In this document: in pieces, positions 31,597 through 32,000 of the stretch
Layout of the letters: each line of letters opens with the position of its first letter
How positions within the stretch are numbered: position 1 is the stretch's first letter
Assembly: GCA_963716945.1 (NCBI GenBank)
Contig: OY970322.1
Location: 540,001-572,000 of the forward strand
Reading direction: 5' to 3'
Length of the DNA: 32,000 nt
DNA from: Candidatus Saccharimonadota bacterium
Lineage (GTDB): Bacteria > Patescibacteriota > Saccharimonadia > Saccharimonadales > UBA4665
Notes under the pieces: generated by a model
The model's database searches: none
What the model was told of the DNA's origin: nothing
Seen by the model: only the letters and a program-made list of their open reading frames with translations
Translations under genes and position numbers: made by a program

Positions 31597-31628
31597 CAGA
31601 GCATGTAAACTTAATTTTTGAGGCAAAT

Positions 31629-32000
31629 ATGGCACTAAAGAGCAAAAATGAGTATGTCAAAGTAGCTTCCCACGAGGGCCGTAAAGGCGAAGTCAAGAAG
31701 GTAGTTCTCCTCTATTCCGGCGGTTTGGACACTTCGACTATGGTCAAATGGATCCAGGAAGAATACAAAGCCGAAGTCATTGCCCTGACGATCGACATCG
31801 GCCAGCAGACCGACGACCTGGAAGCCATTCGCCAGAAGGCGCTCGACCTCGGTGCCGCCAAAGCCATAGTCATCGACGCCCGCGAAGAGTTCGCCGAAGA
31901 GTACATCGCCCGCGGCATTAAGGCCAACGGCATGTACCAGGGCCGCTACTACTTGTCGACGCCGCTCGGCCGGCCGCTGCTGGCTAAGTGGGCCGTCAAG
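31629..32000 (+). CDS. argG: Argininosuccinate synthase, N-terminal 124 codons; the gene runs off the right edge
   Basis: Hand translation gives MALKSKNEYVKVASHEGRKGEVKKVVLLYSGGLDTSTMVKWIQEEY..., which includes the YSGGLDTS ATP-PPase motif. The frame is open to the window end. It is missing from the ORF track because no stop codon lies in the window. Confidence 0.88.
   Translation, partial: MALKSKNEYVKVASHEGRKGEVKKVVLLYSGGLDTSTMVKWIQEEYKAEVIALTIDIGQQTDDLEAIRQKALDLGAAKAIVIDAREEFAEEYIARGIKANGMYQGRYYLSTPLGRPLLAKWAVK

Noticed and set aside
31712-31933. 73-aa minus-strand ORF
   Set aside because: It is antisense to the open argG reading frame (YSGGLDTS motif), which is absent from the ORF track only because it lacks a stop codon in the window.
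1-32000. CRISPR arrays, IS elements, long direct or tandem repeats, and stop-codon reassignment
   Set aside because: No spaced repeats or transposase-like ORFs are visible. TGA, TAA and TAG all terminate well-supported genes (for example TGA for the sortase and xth), so there is no sign of UGA recoding as in some candidate-phyla bacteria.

Overview
This is 32 kb of a compact, gene-dense bacterial chromosome. G+C is about 60% by hand counts, most intergenic gaps are under 60 nt, and several gene junctions are ATGA start/stop overlaps. I can support 33 protein-coding genes (2 truncated by the window edges) and two long-variable-arm tRNAs, Leu-CAA and Ser-GGA. There is no rRNA, CRISPR array, transposase, integrase or long repeat. 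Most genes are housekeeping: gltX, xth, pyrH, uppP, zwf-pgl, purA, prs, argG. The rest are envelope or surface functions: sortase, a PEGA/beta-propeller protein, a DUF3048 protein, VKOR, a CvpA-serine protease fusion, a MacB-type ABC pair, an NRAMP transporter and a secreted clan GH-A-like hydrolase. This gene set fits a monoderm-type, streamlined organism (Saccharibacteria/Patescibacteria-like or actinobacterium-like), but lineage cannot be settled without a database search. Five things merit a second look. (1) A two-gene module at 16470..19217 encodes a small membrane protein translationally coupled to a membrane-anchored Clp/Hsp100-like double-AAA+ protein; that protein has lost both pore-loop tyrosines, the D1 arginine finger and any ClpP-docking loop. 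(2) At the left edge, an SD-led small-ORF/umuD-like/umuC-like operon encodes a UmuD homolog with neither residue of the Ser-Lys dyad. (3) -10-like hexamers, many with a TGn extension, recur 6-10 nt upstream of start codons with no Shine-Dalgarno, which implies mostly leaderless or near-leaderless first-gene mRNAs. (4) There are two orphan ~230-aa cytoplasmic proteins, one with a textbook consensus promoter and one on a clear low-GC patch. (5) A 250-nt non-coding stretch at 546..796 carries nested inverted repeats. All family calls come from motif recognition by eye, and none has been checked against a database.
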